Shown here: positions 20,723-35,500 of the stretch, in pieces
How the letters are laid out: each line of letters opens with the position of its first letter
How positions within the stretch are numbered: position 1 is the first letter of the stretch
The notes under the pieces: model-generated
Databases searched by the model: none
The model's input: only the letters and a program-made list of their open reading frames with translations
What the model was told of the DNA's origin: nothing
Source: Vairimorpha necatrix
Taxonomy: Eukaryota
Direction: 5' to 3'
DNA: 62,507 nucleotides
Assembly (NCBI GenBank): GCA_036630325.1
Contig: CP142737.1
Span: 930,001-992,507 of the forward strand
Made by a program: the position numbers and the translations under genes

Positions 20723-23700
20723 TTATAATAGAAAAATATTAGTAATTATGTTGTAATTGTTTGTAAAGATTGTTTATATATATTATAACTTCGGAATTTA
20801 TTATGTTATTTTATGAAAAAAACAATATTTTTCATATTTAGATATAATTTAATCAAATAAACAAGAATTAAATATATGACAAATTAATAATTTTTTTCTT
20901 TATGGAGTATCTACACATCTTATATATCCGGCATGAAGTCTGATCCGAAGTTGAAGTGGTGAGTCTAAACTAACATATTGATTTATATTATTTGTTTGTT
21001 TTGCTGCTCATCGGAATTGTGAATCAGGGGTAAATTCCGTTTAAATAGTCAAATAGATTAACTGTCAAACCCCATGAGATGTAAACAAACAAACAAGAAA
21101 CCGAAATTCTACTAAATACGTAGTACTTCATGTGACATGCACTTTTCTTCTTTTTAGTTTGTGAATGTCAAACATGTCCAATGTTTGTTTACAATGCTCT
21201 GAGATGTTTGACAGCACCAATAATCATTATTTAATTGGAAGCCGTATCGTCAGTATAGGTCTGCAACCTCACACATCTGAATAAATATTAATATTGTTAT
21301 TTCGAATATTATTTCTTGCACAATTTAGTACATTTTTTTTTGGAGGTTGCCAACGTATGTATCTGAATAATTAATTTTTTAAGAAATTTAGATTTATTTG
21401 TCTTTTCGTATGAGTACGTAAGTATATAATTTGCTGTATATAAAATAATTATGAAACGCATTATGTGCAGAATCGCCATAAAAATAAAAAATTGAAGTAA
21501 AGTTAAACATATTAAATCGCCTTTGGACACAATACGTGAATTAAACGATATATTTATTTTTTTTGCAAGACAAAAACATATTTTTAAAAACAAGTAAATT
21601 AGATTCTTTCAAAAGGAAATTTAAACACAATCATTGCGTAATTTAATTACAAAAATGTCTGACACTATATACCAATCATTAAAGACATATAATTTAGTAT
21701 AACAATATATTTGTTGAATAAAATAGGACATATTTATATACAAGAAAAAAGATTATAAATCTATCTTAAACAATTTAGGTATATGCATTAAAGTATTTAA
21801 TAAAATGTTAAAAAACAAAACTTGATAAACTAAATACAAAGGTTTCATAGAAGTGTGTATTAACGATTACTTAATAAGGACGGTTTCAAAGTTTACTCTG
21901 TCAAATATTCACCAATAATACAACAAAAAATGAAAAATTTACAATATGTTTATCCATGCAAAATAAATAACCTTTAACTTACGCAGCTAAAAAATTATTA
22001 CAATAAAAGAAAAAATTTAAAAAATAATTTTGTATATGAAGGGCAAGGAATATCTATGAAGCAAGTCCACAATCATAAAGTTATTAATAACGAAATATTT
22101 TTAGCCTTCTAACTTAAAAGTAGCAAGGTTTTATCTGTGAATAACAGAGAAATAAATGAAAAATAAGAAAGAGCATATTGGTTAAAGAAAAAAATATCTT
22201 TTAAATTTAAAACGAATTCTACATTCAATCTAAATTATATCATAGGTAATAACAAGATAATTGAAATTTGATCTTTCGCCTTTTCTTTTGGTATAAGTAC
22301 GAAAGCAAACAAATAAAATTATTTTACGATCAAAAATAGAATGAGTAAGAAGTGATACAAATAATATTCATTTATTATAACTAGATAGTAAAGGGATTAT
22401 AAAAAGATATACATATGATTCATACATGTTGCTTTTCAAGATAAATACAAAAGAATTTAAAATAAAGATATACGATCAAGATATTATATGAAATACAATT
22501 TTCTTTTATATTAAAATCTACCCAAGATAAACCAAAATAAATCCCAATATTGCATATAGTATATTTTAAATACAATTAAAACAAGTAATGAAATTTTTAA
22601 TTATCTAGAACATATCAACGATTTTTTTAAAAAAAATTATACTAAAAAATCAACTATATATCTTTATATATGACCAATATGTACACGTTATTAAGTATAA
22701 TAATTACTAATGGTAAAAAAACGAAAACAAATATTATATAAAAGTTTTAAACGAATTTCGATTAACCTTGTATATTACATTTTTTTGATTTATAGAATTC
22801 TAAACAAGTTTTAGTTTTAAAACATTGTAAACTTTTTAAATCGAAGTTGGTAAAAAACTAATGTCACTAATATTAATTTGTTGTTTACAATCATATTGAC
22901 CACACAAAATTAGAAATTATGACCAAAAAATTCAAAAAGTAAAATCATTAATACTTTTATCATATTTATAAAAATATATTATTTTATTAATTTCAAATAA
23001 ATAAGAACAAATCAATTCAAAAATCTATCGGTTAAATATTTGATAATCGCTCTTTTGTTGTATATAATACTTTCTAAATCCGTAAAGTATAATATTTTTA
23101 TATAATAATTAGTATAAAATTTAAGTATGAAGATAGAAATATTATAAAAAGAATTCATTTACGAAAGAAAAAAAAATTCTAAATTCATTCAACAATTATC
23201 GTGAAATTATATATTCATTAAGAAAATCATTTATTTAATGTATAATTAGAAGAATTAAAGAAAATTATCAAAAATTAACAATATAAAATCAGACCTATTC
23301 ATTGTAAAATCGTTCAGTAACGGTAAAAAATATTTTACTTAAAAACAACATTTATGTTAAAATTTTAAAAATCCTAGGGAAAACCTACTTATATACATAT
23401 TCCATATTATAATATAATAAGAAATAATAAGTAAATTTTTAATTATGAATAATTAAATAAAAACAATAGCACATACAATTTAATACAAAGTTGTTGTAAA
23501 TAAAACGTATTCGAGATTTTGAAAAAGGCGTCGCATATTCCAAAAAAAAAACCAAAAATACGGGGAGAGGGAATAGAAATGCATACAAATCGAATACAGT
23601 TAATAACAAAAATAGAATTAATTATGAAATGCTATATTTTATAAAAAATCAGATATATATAATAGTTACACGCAAAAGGAATATATATTTCAAAATTTAT

Positions 23701-26700
23701 ATATTTAAGCAGAAAATAATTTAAATTATAATAAAGAGTAATAACATAAAATAAAATGTTTAACACTAGCTTAATTTAAATTTAAAAACTTACTTATGAC
23801 ATGTTAATACAAGATAAATATTTTTCAATAATAATACTATATAATATTTCACCTGGACGTTTTCAAGATTATTTACAAAAAAAATAAAATAAAAGTCTAA
23901 AAGTTAGAATTGGATATATTAAATATTAACAATATGGTAATACTTCGAAACAAATAAGAATCTTAGAAAAAACACCTAAATAATATTTATATATCGTTAG
24001 TCTCAAAAATTTAAAAGTATTCTTAAGAAATTAAATTTTTAGAATATATAATAATTCATTTACACATATTTAAATAAAAAATAAAATTTTTTATTATTTA
24101 GCAAAAAACCGAAATATTATTAGTTAAAAGACTAAACTTAAAAAATTCCTCTTATAAAGTAAAAAATTTTGCTCTTTGTCTTATAATTATCAGATATTTA
24201 GAATTTTTGAATCAAAAATTCAAATAAAACCGTCATAGTCAATATTTTTGAAGTAAAATTGAAATTTGATTTTGAAATTATGTTTTGTCTATAATTCAAT
24301 AAAATGCGTTAGATTAAATCTAAGTATCTTAAGGGCAAAATTTTTTTTTACTTTAATATAAATTTTATAATACACAAGGATTTATCTACAAGTAAAATAA
24401 ACATAATGTCAATAAAAATCTTTAAAAAAAAATATATTTCAAAATGCAATTGTAATAAAGATAATTGAGGTTAATATTACAAAAATATTTTCAAAAGAAA
24501 ATATATTTAGAGTAGTAGGATAACTTTTTTTTAAATAAACGTATTGGACTAAAACTCGTTTTGAAAATGCATATTTTCATCCAGAATAGATATAAAAAAC
24601 ATTCAAACTAAACGCTCAAATAATTTTAGATAAGTAGAAAGAAGGAATTTTTCATACAATTAAATTTTCACGACTAATTAAGCTAAAAGTTTCAACAACT
24701 AAACGAAAAAATATTTTCTTATCACTAAATACAATTTTTTATTTTAAAATTTCGCTTTTAATAATGTACATACGGCTGATTAAAATAAGTAATTGTTTTA
24801 GAACATATAACGATTTTTTTTTAAAAAATAATATATCAATCGAAAATTTAAAATGCAATATATTACACCTACATGTTAAACATGATTATATATACAACCT
24901 ACATGAGAAACATATGATTCAATAATGAAAAATTTATAAAAATATTAAAAACAATCTTTTAAAAATTTTTATATTGTTGTATTTCAAAAGAAACCATATC
25001 AAGGAGGGTTTTAGAAAATTATATTTTAAAGTTATTAAATTACAATCAATATTTCATAAAGTTTTATAAATGATTTAAATCATTCTTATAGTAAAATAAT
25101 CAAAACTAATTATCGCAAGGAAACATTGGAAAGTAGTTCTTATCTAAAAACTTCATTTTTTTATGCCTAACTTAAGTTTTTAAAATTATTATAAAAATGT
25201 AGCATATATAAACCAAATAATATCAAGAAAATTCATAAATAAAAATTTAAGTCTCAAAGAAACAAACAGACATACAACGAAAATAAAAAATAAACATATA
25301 TAGAGGAACACAACGAAAGGCATTTCATTCTGTTATCATTTATTAAAACGGTATTTTAAAATTTTTGGTTATAATCTGTAAAAAAATTATAAAATACAAA
25401 AAATTATTTCAAGGGAAATAATGATATATCATGGAAATAATAATAAAAATGAAAATAAAACATATTAAATACAAATTAAAAGATAAGATAATTTATATTC
25501 ATACAAATTGTAAATTTATACACAAAACTAGGCTAAAATGAATTTCGTATTTCTTCATATGAATTTTTCTAGTAAATATCATATATTCCACGTATTTATT
25601 ATTTATACTAAAATTATGATAAAACTAAAATTAAAATAAATACAGAATTAGTAATTTTATTGAAAAAAAATTTACACTAACCGAAGAATTTAAAAATATA
25701 AATCAATAAGAGCTAATAAGGGTTAATAAAAAGTATAAACAAAACCCAATGCAACTAACTAATAGATATTTTTTTATAAAGAATAAATAATGTAAGAGCG
25801 TATAAATTAAAAAACAAATCTTATCTTTAATAATGACAGAAAATATTTTTATGCATAAACCCAATTACATATTAAACATAGATGCGGTTGACGATTTCTA
25901 ATAATTATTAAACTATAATTAATTTAAATATTAATTGATAAAAAAATTATAATAATAAATTGATAAATTAAATTTTAATTATTAAAACAAAAAAATCTTT
26001 ATGAATTTTTTTGGAATAAGCATTTTGGTTTTCGTAGAATGAAATCAATCTAATGATTTAATTAGAAAATAAAATTTTTTAACAATCCAAGAATTGGTTT
26101 TATCATAAAAAATAACATTTTAACATAACACATTAAGTAAAACATTTTCATAGAGAATGTTAAGTTACTTTTAAACTATTCGCAATTTTTTACGTAATAA
26201 ATTTGTATATACAACATATCTGAATTGCAAAAAATTTATCAATATTAACTGGCTATCAATAATATCAAACTGGTTGCTTCATAATTGAAATTATATGAAG
26301 ATCAAGCAAGAAGAAAATCTAACGGTTATAAAAGAAACTATAAAAGTATAAAAAACATATCTAGGGTATTATGATCATATAATCAAATATATTTTTTATA
26401 GGATGTATTTTTCAATTATCCAATAGTTTTTCTCCCTTTTATTTTTAAAATATTTTATTTTCTACCATAAAAAATTGAATCCCAAAGAGAACATAAAAAA
26501 TAGACACAATATCATTTGTAATTATAAAAGACTTCCTGAACAGTTGGGCAAATACATAGATAAATAAGATTGTACATTAGAAGAAGCCGCATCCCTATGC
26601 AGCAGCCAAGTAGATTTAAATATTCATAAAAAAATTCAAAAAAAACAATTTTTTTCTATAATTTTTTATTCTATAAAAATAAATTAAATCATATTTACTT

Positions 26701-27144
26701 TCATTGATCTATTTTAATATCACATAATTTTATACTGAAATATTCAAATGTAATTAGTTATTACTATTGAATTTTCAAACAAACACTGGAATCTTGTCCT
26801 TAAGTTTCCAAATTATTAAGTCCTTTTACTTTCTTGGAATAGTGATTCAATTTTATCATTCAAAGTGGTTATTTTGAGCTTTCCTAAAAGGTATAATCTC
26901 TTGTGTCTGTATATATGCGATAGTACAGCATTCGAGATTTAAGTTATTTGTATAATATCCCTAAAATATTATTTTTTAGTATAATACGAATATATCCAGT
27001 AAGAAATATGTTAAAACACAAAAATGACCTTTTTTACAATAATATATATTTTAAATTAAAGAAGTAATTTCATACTTTAACAATATATTATAACATAAAT
27101 TTATTCGCAGAGTTACACCAAAAAACTTTGTGTTTTAATTATAA

Positions 27145-30100
27145 TGTTAATGTTGAACCTCCTATAAAATAAATGTAAAACATGGCAAACACAAAAGACG
27201 AAAGGGTACAAGTGAGACCTGTGTTTAAGAGAAGAGAAAATTACTAAAAGAAGCTCAGAGAGTAGAAGCAATCATCAGAATGCAGAAAGATGTAAAAAGA
27301 AGTGACAACGAAGCAGTCGATAAAACAAGTAAGTACTGAACTTCAAAATTTTATTGTTGATAAAAATTTAATCAGTATGATAAATTGGAATGATATTATT
27401 AATGAAATTGATAAATTAGTTGTTGAAGAGGAAGAGAATAAGAACAAGGAAAAAATAATGAGTAGAGAACTAGAAGATATGGTAGAGTGTATGAAAGAAA
27501 AATTAAAAAGAAGATTATAAGATAAATGACTATACTGTATCAGTGCCAGGAAGAAACTTTCAATATCAAAGACGAGAAATACATTGTTTTATATGTGGAA
27601 GAATTATACAATTAGTTAGAGGTTGTATGGAGCGTAAACAAAGACAGGAAGAGAATAATGAAAATAAAAGTGTTAAATATTTGGCTAATTTTCACTTTAT
27701 CCCCCCCTTACCAATATAAATACAGAATTTTTTATTTTTAGCCCTGTTTTTTAAAAGTCGAAGCGTCCAGAGCGGAAAGGAACAGAGAAAAATTTACATA
27801 AGTAAAAAAAGGTCTTAGAAATATCTAATTTGAACATAGTTTATGAAAAATATATTATTTAAACCAATTTAATAATGTTTTCTAATAAACTATGAGTTAA
27901 ATAGAAGTCTAAATTTGTAAAAATATGTTTTAGCCTATTGCTTTCTTTTGTCATTATAATTAATTTTTGCCAAAGATAACCATGTTTATACTTAGTTTAT
28001 GTTGTTTAAAACAGATTCTAGGTTTGGTTATTCTTAGTTTGGTAGTATATTTATTAGTCTTGTTTTTTAGGTTTTTATTGGTTTTCTAGACAAACAAAGT
28101 AAAAATAATGTTATATTTATGCTCTTTTAAGAATTATTGAATCGTATAGAATGTCAATTTATTAATATATGTTATATTTTAGCTCCAAAAGTAAAATATT
28201 ACATGTTTGGAAAATTCTCTAATTCTTGAAAAATATTCATTTACAACAGCAAATAAACCTTATAAATATTGTTTATACGGAGATTTCGTTGTTATACATT
28301 GCAATGTACAATAAAGATAAATCTTGATCAATAATTGGAAGAAGGAAATTTTTAAAAAATTGAAAAAAAAATGAAAAAACAATTGTTTTATTTTTGGTAA
28401 ATATGCTATTTTATTACAACTTTATTTTTTTGACTTTTGCTCCTTCACATTTTTTCCGCTTCGAATTTCGAAAAAAAGGGATATTTTTTAAAAATTCTTA
28501 ATTTATATTGGTAAGGGGAGGATAAAGTGAAAATGCTCCAAATATTTTGGCATTTATGATAATAGTAAAATGAAAATATTAAAAGGAAATGATTTTAAAT
28601 TGAGACTACCAGTGGAGATAGAAAGAGAGAACTCAAGAAACAGTTTTTATTCAAAAAATACAAACCAAGATAAAAGAAGAAAAAATATTAATAAATATGA
28701 AGAATTGGAAGGAAAATTTCCATAGGTATTAGGAAAATACAAAGGGAAAATAAAATGCTTAACAGGGGGAAATATTCTATCAAAACAAAACAATGAGTGA
28801 AAGTAGTAAAAAAAAATATTCCTTATAAACTCCGAGAAAAGTTAGAAAAGTATATTAAATATTATAAAGTATAGGTATTATCAGAAGGACAAAGAGCGAA
28901 TGGAGAAGCGCAATGAAGACATAGAAAAATTTTATAGTGAAGTACAATTGAGAAGCGATTTGATGGCTTTAAACGAACTGGTTTAAAAAGATCCGTATGA
29001 ATTGCCATTGATTAGAGACATTATTGAAGCAACGCAAGGTTCTAATTTATTTATGGTTATAGACCTAAAGGAAGGATTCTATCATATAGAAATTGAGAAA
29101 GCTCAAAAACATAAGACAGCTTTTAGATAAATGATAGAGTTTACGAATGGGATAGCATGGTAATGAGATTTAACAATGCCCCATATTATGCTCTGAGTGA
29201 TGAACGGAGTTTTAGATAAGTTTAGAGGCAAGATTGTTACGGTGTACATGGATGGTATTATAATCATTCAAGAGATAGTAATATACACAAAAAATTTTTA
29301 AAATAAGTAATTCGAAAATTTAACGAATTTGGATTAAAAGAAAGTTAAAAAAAATACAATATAAAGGAGAAGTAAAACTACTTGGAGTATCAATTAACGA
29401 TGAAGACATTTCACCTAACAACATTAAAAAGCAAGAGATATTAAAATACAGAAGGCCTGCTAACATAAAAGAGCTTAAAAAATTTTTTTTTTTTTGGGGG
29501 GGGGGAGGCAGGCTAGTTAAGAGATTTTATTTCTAATTAGCTTATCGGACAGCACGTCTTACAGAAGCACTAAAAAAAGATAGTATATGGGAATGAGCCG
29601 AAGATATGGAAAGAGCTTTTATGGATATCAAAATGGGTTGAAGATTATGAAAAAATGAGAAATAGTAGATAGTAAAAAAATGTATAGAGTAAGAACGGAT
29701 GCATGCAATACGGGAATTGGAGCTATACTATTGCAAGAAGACAAGGGAGGTGGATTCCGATCAATGGGCATCATAAATGATAACACCAACAGATAAAAGT
29801 ATACGTTTAGTGAAAAAGAGATGATGGCAGCGTTATTTGAAATAATGAAATTCGAGTCAAATTTGGGAGAAGTAAATTTCATTAAATGACAGATCATAAA
29901 GGACTGGCCGAGACTAGAAACAAATCGTTTTTTAATAATAACAGAATTAATAGATGGATAGAATATATATAAGAGTTCGATTTTACTAATGAATATGAAA
30001 AAGGAAAATTCATGACGGATGTGGATGCTCTTAGTAGACAATTTAAGAATAACGAAGTGTAAGAAAAAAGCGAAAGAGAGAAACGGAAATCAAAAACAGA

Positions 30101-31171
30101 TGAATGGAAAATAATAAAGAGCATGGTTAAAAGAGAAGGTTAAGACTATAAAAGTTTTTAACAGGAGAAATTAATAAATACAACACAAAGAACTAAGAGA
30201 GACAGAAATTCGTAGAGTTCACGAGGAATTAAATCATCGTGGAGTTAAGGGAACACATTATAAGATTATACAAAGATTATCTTGGCAGGTATGAAGGACC
30301 AGATAACCACATCGCTTAAAAATTGTGAAGTATGTAGCATTAATAGCAGAAAAATGACCGGAGGTTGCAATTTTGTAACAATATTTAAGAAATTAGAAAA
30401 AGTAGCTGTAGACGTAATTGATATTGAGGAAAAATAAAGAGACATGCTATTAGGGATTTACCACTTTACAAGAAGAGTATAGGGCGAAAAGATGGAAAAA
30501 CTGGGAAGTGATGTTATTACGAAAATTTTAGCATTATGGATATATGAAATGAATGCCCAGATGTTATATTACGGATAACGGTATAGAATTTGTCAGATAA
30601 AAGTTTGTATCTCCGTGTAAAGAAAACGGAATTATACAACGGAAAGTAGGTTTAGAAGCTCATAGGTTTAATTGAAGAATAGAACGATGTATTTGAACAA
30701 TAAGGGAATCGATGATCAAACAAAAAGAAGGAAACCCAGAGGAAAAACTAGAACAAGCTGTAAGAACCTATAATAACACTCTACACACAGCGATTAAAAA
30801 ACACCAATGGAAGCATGTAAAGAACAAGGAAAAGAAGTCTTTATTGAAAACGATAAAAAGGGTGGGTATGCAAGTAATTTTAACAAAGGCATAGAGAAAA
30901 ATTTGAAGTAGATCAGGCTGTGTGAATCGCAAGATAAAAAACTTGGGTAAATAGATGAAAAGTACAAAATGAAGATTTACAAGTGTCGGTAAAATATTCG
31001 GAAACTATAGAATAATTCTTATTTTGTAAGGACTGATATCGTAAGATATATTAAGAAACGACATTATGACCTAAAAGATTTTAAAAATCAATAATTAGAA
31101 GCTTGTAACGTGAGACTACCCGTCTGGAGAGGGTGTTGGGGTTGAACCCCCTATTAAATAAATGTATAACA
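27145..31171 (+). mobile_element. Degenerate Ty3/gypsy element with 38-bp LTRs (interrupted by a MITE)
   Basis: Broken motifs CFICGR, YELPLIRDII, IDLKEGFYHIEI, HKTAF, RTDAC, ELNHRG, CEVC, TDNG, YNNTLHTAI; repeats at 27145-27182 and 31134-31171; TSD TATAA; TGG after the 5' repeat; purine tract ggagaggg before the 3' repeat. Confidence 0.9.
27683..28539. mobile_element. Merlin-like MITE (family M1), copy 2
   Basis: GGCTAATTTTCAC...GTGAAAATGCTCC, 8-bp TSD AAATATTT (27675-27682, 28540-28547); empty site in the duplicate near 58070. Confidence 0.92.
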
Positions 31172-31319
31172 TATAATCATTAATCTGAAAAAAAAGACTT
31201 GAATTATAAAGATAGTTAGATAAATTTTTTATTTTTATTTATTTAAGTTACATATTGATTAAAATGATAAATTTTTAAACAAAATATTCAGGAAGGTTTG
31301 AGGGCTAAAAGCTAACGTG

Positions 31320-31345
31320 TTAGGAACGTTAGGTAGGTAGGTAGG
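31320..31345 (+). repeat. Interstitial telomeric remnant
   Basis: ttagg-aacg-ttaggtaggtaggtagg at the position equivalent to the telomere junction at 60841. Confidence 0.9.
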
Positions 31346-32289
31346 TGTATCTGTTATATTAAAAAATGTAAAGTTTGATGAAGAGAAAAACTATACTCTA
31401 ATTTATTTTTGAATTCTAGCCACAAAATTAGAATATGTTGTACCGAAAGCATTATATACTTTTTCTATATTCTATAAATAGACTTTAAATCGACTCTTCA
31501 ACATTAATCAAAAATTTATCCAGAGAAGCCTAATAAAGAATAGAAAGAAACAAATAATAAGTTAAATCATACAGTAAAATATACTATGACAAGTTTTTCG
31601 CAAATCAATTTTTAATTTTATAATTACGCACTTTTATTCGAACATAAAATGTTATTTGAAAACATTTAAAATAAAAAAATAAATTAGTAATTTTTTTATC
31701 CAACACATGACAAGAACAATATTTGTTTTGTTCTTCGTCACATAGAGTCATATACTAAGATCTAAAAGACTTATCAATTTCATAAAAAATTTGTAATATA
31801 TCAAAATAAATTTTAAAAAGAAAACTTATCGCAAATTGTTTTCAAATTTAGCATTAGAACTTCATAATATAGGCATAATTTCTCAAAGTCAAAAAATGAT
31901 GTTTATACAAAAAGGTTTACAATTAATAATTATTAGAAAATTATCTAGAATTAAAAGCAATTTTTTAGATTAAAGTTTTCTTCTTTATAAGATGAGTTTA
32001 GTTTTTTATTTAAAAGTTATTTAAATATAAAAATTAATATTTCTTTATAAAAAAATTTCAGTCATACGAAAATATTAAAATATACAAATTTTAATAATTT
32101 AATAATAGTATATCAATAAATATATTAAATAATTAAATCATTAAGAACAAAAAAAACCTTTTTATATGTACAATTTGATATCATTTGTCTCAATTCAATA
32201 TTTTATAAAGGATCAAGCATATTATCATAGATAAATTAAAATGAAAAATATAAAAAAAGATTTAATATATGGTTTTATAACAGAGAAAT

Positions 32290-32572
32290 TTCCTACTTAA
32301 TCACTTGGGACGGTATCGTGACTAAGTTCCACAAATCAAATACCACAAGACTTGGAATCCCTAAGAAGGTAGAAGCGTACATCCAGATGATAACGCTAAA
32401 GAAGACGCTAGAAAGCATTCTCCGGACTACCAAATGAGAGATGACGAAGCCGTTGTGGAAAGGACTTTGGAGCCACAAAGCTACCTTTATACAGGAGACG
32501 CTAACGCGGAACCTACTCCTGTAAAACTATAAATATAAACTACAATAAGCATACTCTAATTAAATTCATTGA
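32290..32572 (+). mobile_element. 3' fragment of RLE-type LINE (family B)
   Basis: Reads YLITWDGIVTKFHKSNTTRLGIPKKVEAYIQMITLKKTLESI, then a 3' UTR ending attcatt. Confidence 0.8.
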
Positions 32573-35500
32573 TTAAAAAAAGATGAATATTTATCAAAAT
32601 AATTAGATTATTTAAATGAAATTATGAATCAGACGAATTACTAAAAATAATTTAATATTAATATAAACGGTAAATATATAAAACAAGACACGGAATAAAT
32701 TTAATTAACGTAAATAATTATACTTATCATAAAGTATTATTAATAAAGATGAATTTTAGAATTCCAGATTTTGTTATGTATATAACTTTAGAACTACAAG
32801 ATAAAACAGATTTCTAATAAAGGGATATTTTATATCTACCAATAAATTATAATCGATTTGTCAAACAAAGTGTTCTAGCACATCTATCAAATAAATTCTT
32901 TAAACCAAATAATATATTTTATGTAAAATTTACATAATATCTTTAAAATTCAGAGTTTATTAGAAATAAACAACCAAGATACAACAATGATAATACAAAC
33001 TGAAATCGCTAGAATTCAAAATTACTTATTCTAGTACCACAATTAATCTTTTGATATTATTGACAAGTCTATATATATTCAAATATTTCGGTTATACATA
33101 AAATAGATAGAATACTTTTTTTGTATTAAAATAACAATCCCAAATATTAATATATTTAGATCTGCATTAAATCCATCTTATCATCAAATTAAACGTGAAT
33201 ATTAAATAGAATCCTAAAAATATAAATCTTAGGCCCCAAATTATGTTATTTTTCGATTCTACTAATATTTTATCAATATCACATTAAGACTCAACTATTT
33301 CGCAATTAGAAGCAAAGTATCTATTAATAATCGCCTTTTTTGTAAATTTAATATTTTTAAAAATTGAATTCGTTACTAAAATATGATCACAAAGATCTTA
33401 TTTATATTTATTAAATTTATTTGATTCAAAATAGAAAAATTTTAAAAATTCAATATAATGGTATAAATTATATATAAAGCTGAAGAATATATAATATTCA
33501 AAAACATAACTTTTATCAAAAATTTTATTAAAACACAAAACAAAAAAAACTAGTTACTTACAAAAAGAAATTTATTGATTTGTTTTAGCTATCACGAAAA
33601 ATAAAAGAAGTGTAAACTAAAAGATTTAATAAGTATTATTAGTTATATATTGCCTTTTTTAGGTTAATGCGATCATATTCAACAAACTATTATTACAGTT
33701 ATATAAAAATTCAAAATTCAACATTTATATTCCTTTTATAAAACCGTATCATTTTTACGTACTATCATGATTGACACACCTCAGGCTTTCCAAAATCCTA
33801 TCAATTATACATACGTATTCACAGCTTTACGGTTCTCACATATAGGTTCATAAAATAATATATCCAACAAATTACATCATAATAATAAAAAACTAAATTA
33901 AATAATGTTTGCTAAAACTTGTTATTATGATTTTTTTACAATAAGAATTAGTTCAAATTTATAAAATAAAAGTTTTAATACTTTAATAAGACATAAGATT
34001 TTTGAATTTAATTGTTTAACGAAATAGTGTAATGAAGTAAATCATAATGAACATTGTGTAATGAACATAAACCTTACATAAAGAAATATATATTCAATAA
34101 ATATATATTTAGGATAGATAAAAATAATATGCTCATGTAATGATAAATTAATATAGACCACAAAGTAGTGCTTTAAATATAACTTTAGTATGTGATAAGC
34201 ATACAACTGATAATTTATTTTTTTTCCTTAAGATGAAGTTAAAAACAAATATAAAAACCTACGTAGTTAGAATTTGGAGAATTAGTTTTTTGATGATATA
34301 GGTAAATGACTGCTATAGATAAACATTTTAGATTTAAGATTCTTATTTAATAATTTGATTGATCCAACAAAATTTAAAATAAAAAGCAAAATCAATATCA
34401 TATGCTGCATTTTATAATTTATTTTAGTTATCCATATAAATTTTTAATAGCAAAAGATATACTACAACTATACAATTAAATACACCTTACCTTCTAGTTC
34501 ATGTTACTGTGTAAATACAAAGAATCAAAAAGTAGAAGATCTCATTATTTAACTTTATTATATTGAAATTCCTTAAGTTTTCTAATATAATCATTTAAAA
34601 GACAAATAACTATATAGATACAAGTTAGGGAAATAAAAAAAATATCTTTGAAAAACAATGTGTTCTAGGAAATAATTAACAATAAATTTATAGAAAATGT
34701 AATAATAAATTATCCTTCTCATAAATCTAAATTACAAAATAAAATTTTTCTGATTCAGATATAGCTTACATATATATATTAATAATAAAATACTTTACAA
34801 ATGTTATATATGCTTGTCTTTGCAATCGTTTACTGAAAGTTTAAACAAATTTTTAAATTTATCCCATAAAGAGTAATTTCTTTTCATATCGCATTACCCT
34901 ACTAATTCGTTTATAAGTTTTATTTTCGAAGGATAGTATTGCAGAACATTTTAAAATTCTTGTATAACACTGGTCTGTATAGATGACACAGTCCAAAATT
35001 TAGCTTGGGTCTATTGCATATATTCTCAAATATTACATTATTTAGATTTTAAATTACGTTTCCTAAATAAATAGTTGTAAACTAGTCGACAGAACCTTTG
35101 ATCATAGATTATATTGCATTGTTTTCATAATATCATAATTTATTAAATACAACGTATGTTTGAATAATATTTATATTAGTTTAATCGAAACAAGCTTTTA
35201 ACTTAGCAAACAATTATGAGTATACTTTATAACTAAGTGATATGATAATATAATAAAAAAAAAGGGATGGAATTTAATTTTGTATATTAAGTCAATTTTA
35301 GAGTTAACTGAAAAAAACTTTATTGAGAATCGTTTTTCTTGTAGGTAAGGTAAGTATGTTAGGTATTTTTTATTTAGAAAAAGACCAATTCTTAACTTAA
35401 GAAACAATTTAAGTCCGCAAAACAAAGGGATGAAAGTATTTTCTATTTATTTATATTTTTGTCTATTTAGATCATCAATTATGGTTTGTTAGTCCCTTAA

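Larger units (their letters stand above)
13206..31345 (+). repeat. Subtelomeric segmental duplication, proximal copy
   Basis: Colinear with 40719-60840 throughout (roughly 85-90% identity by eye), with copy-specific TE insertions. Confidence 0.95.
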
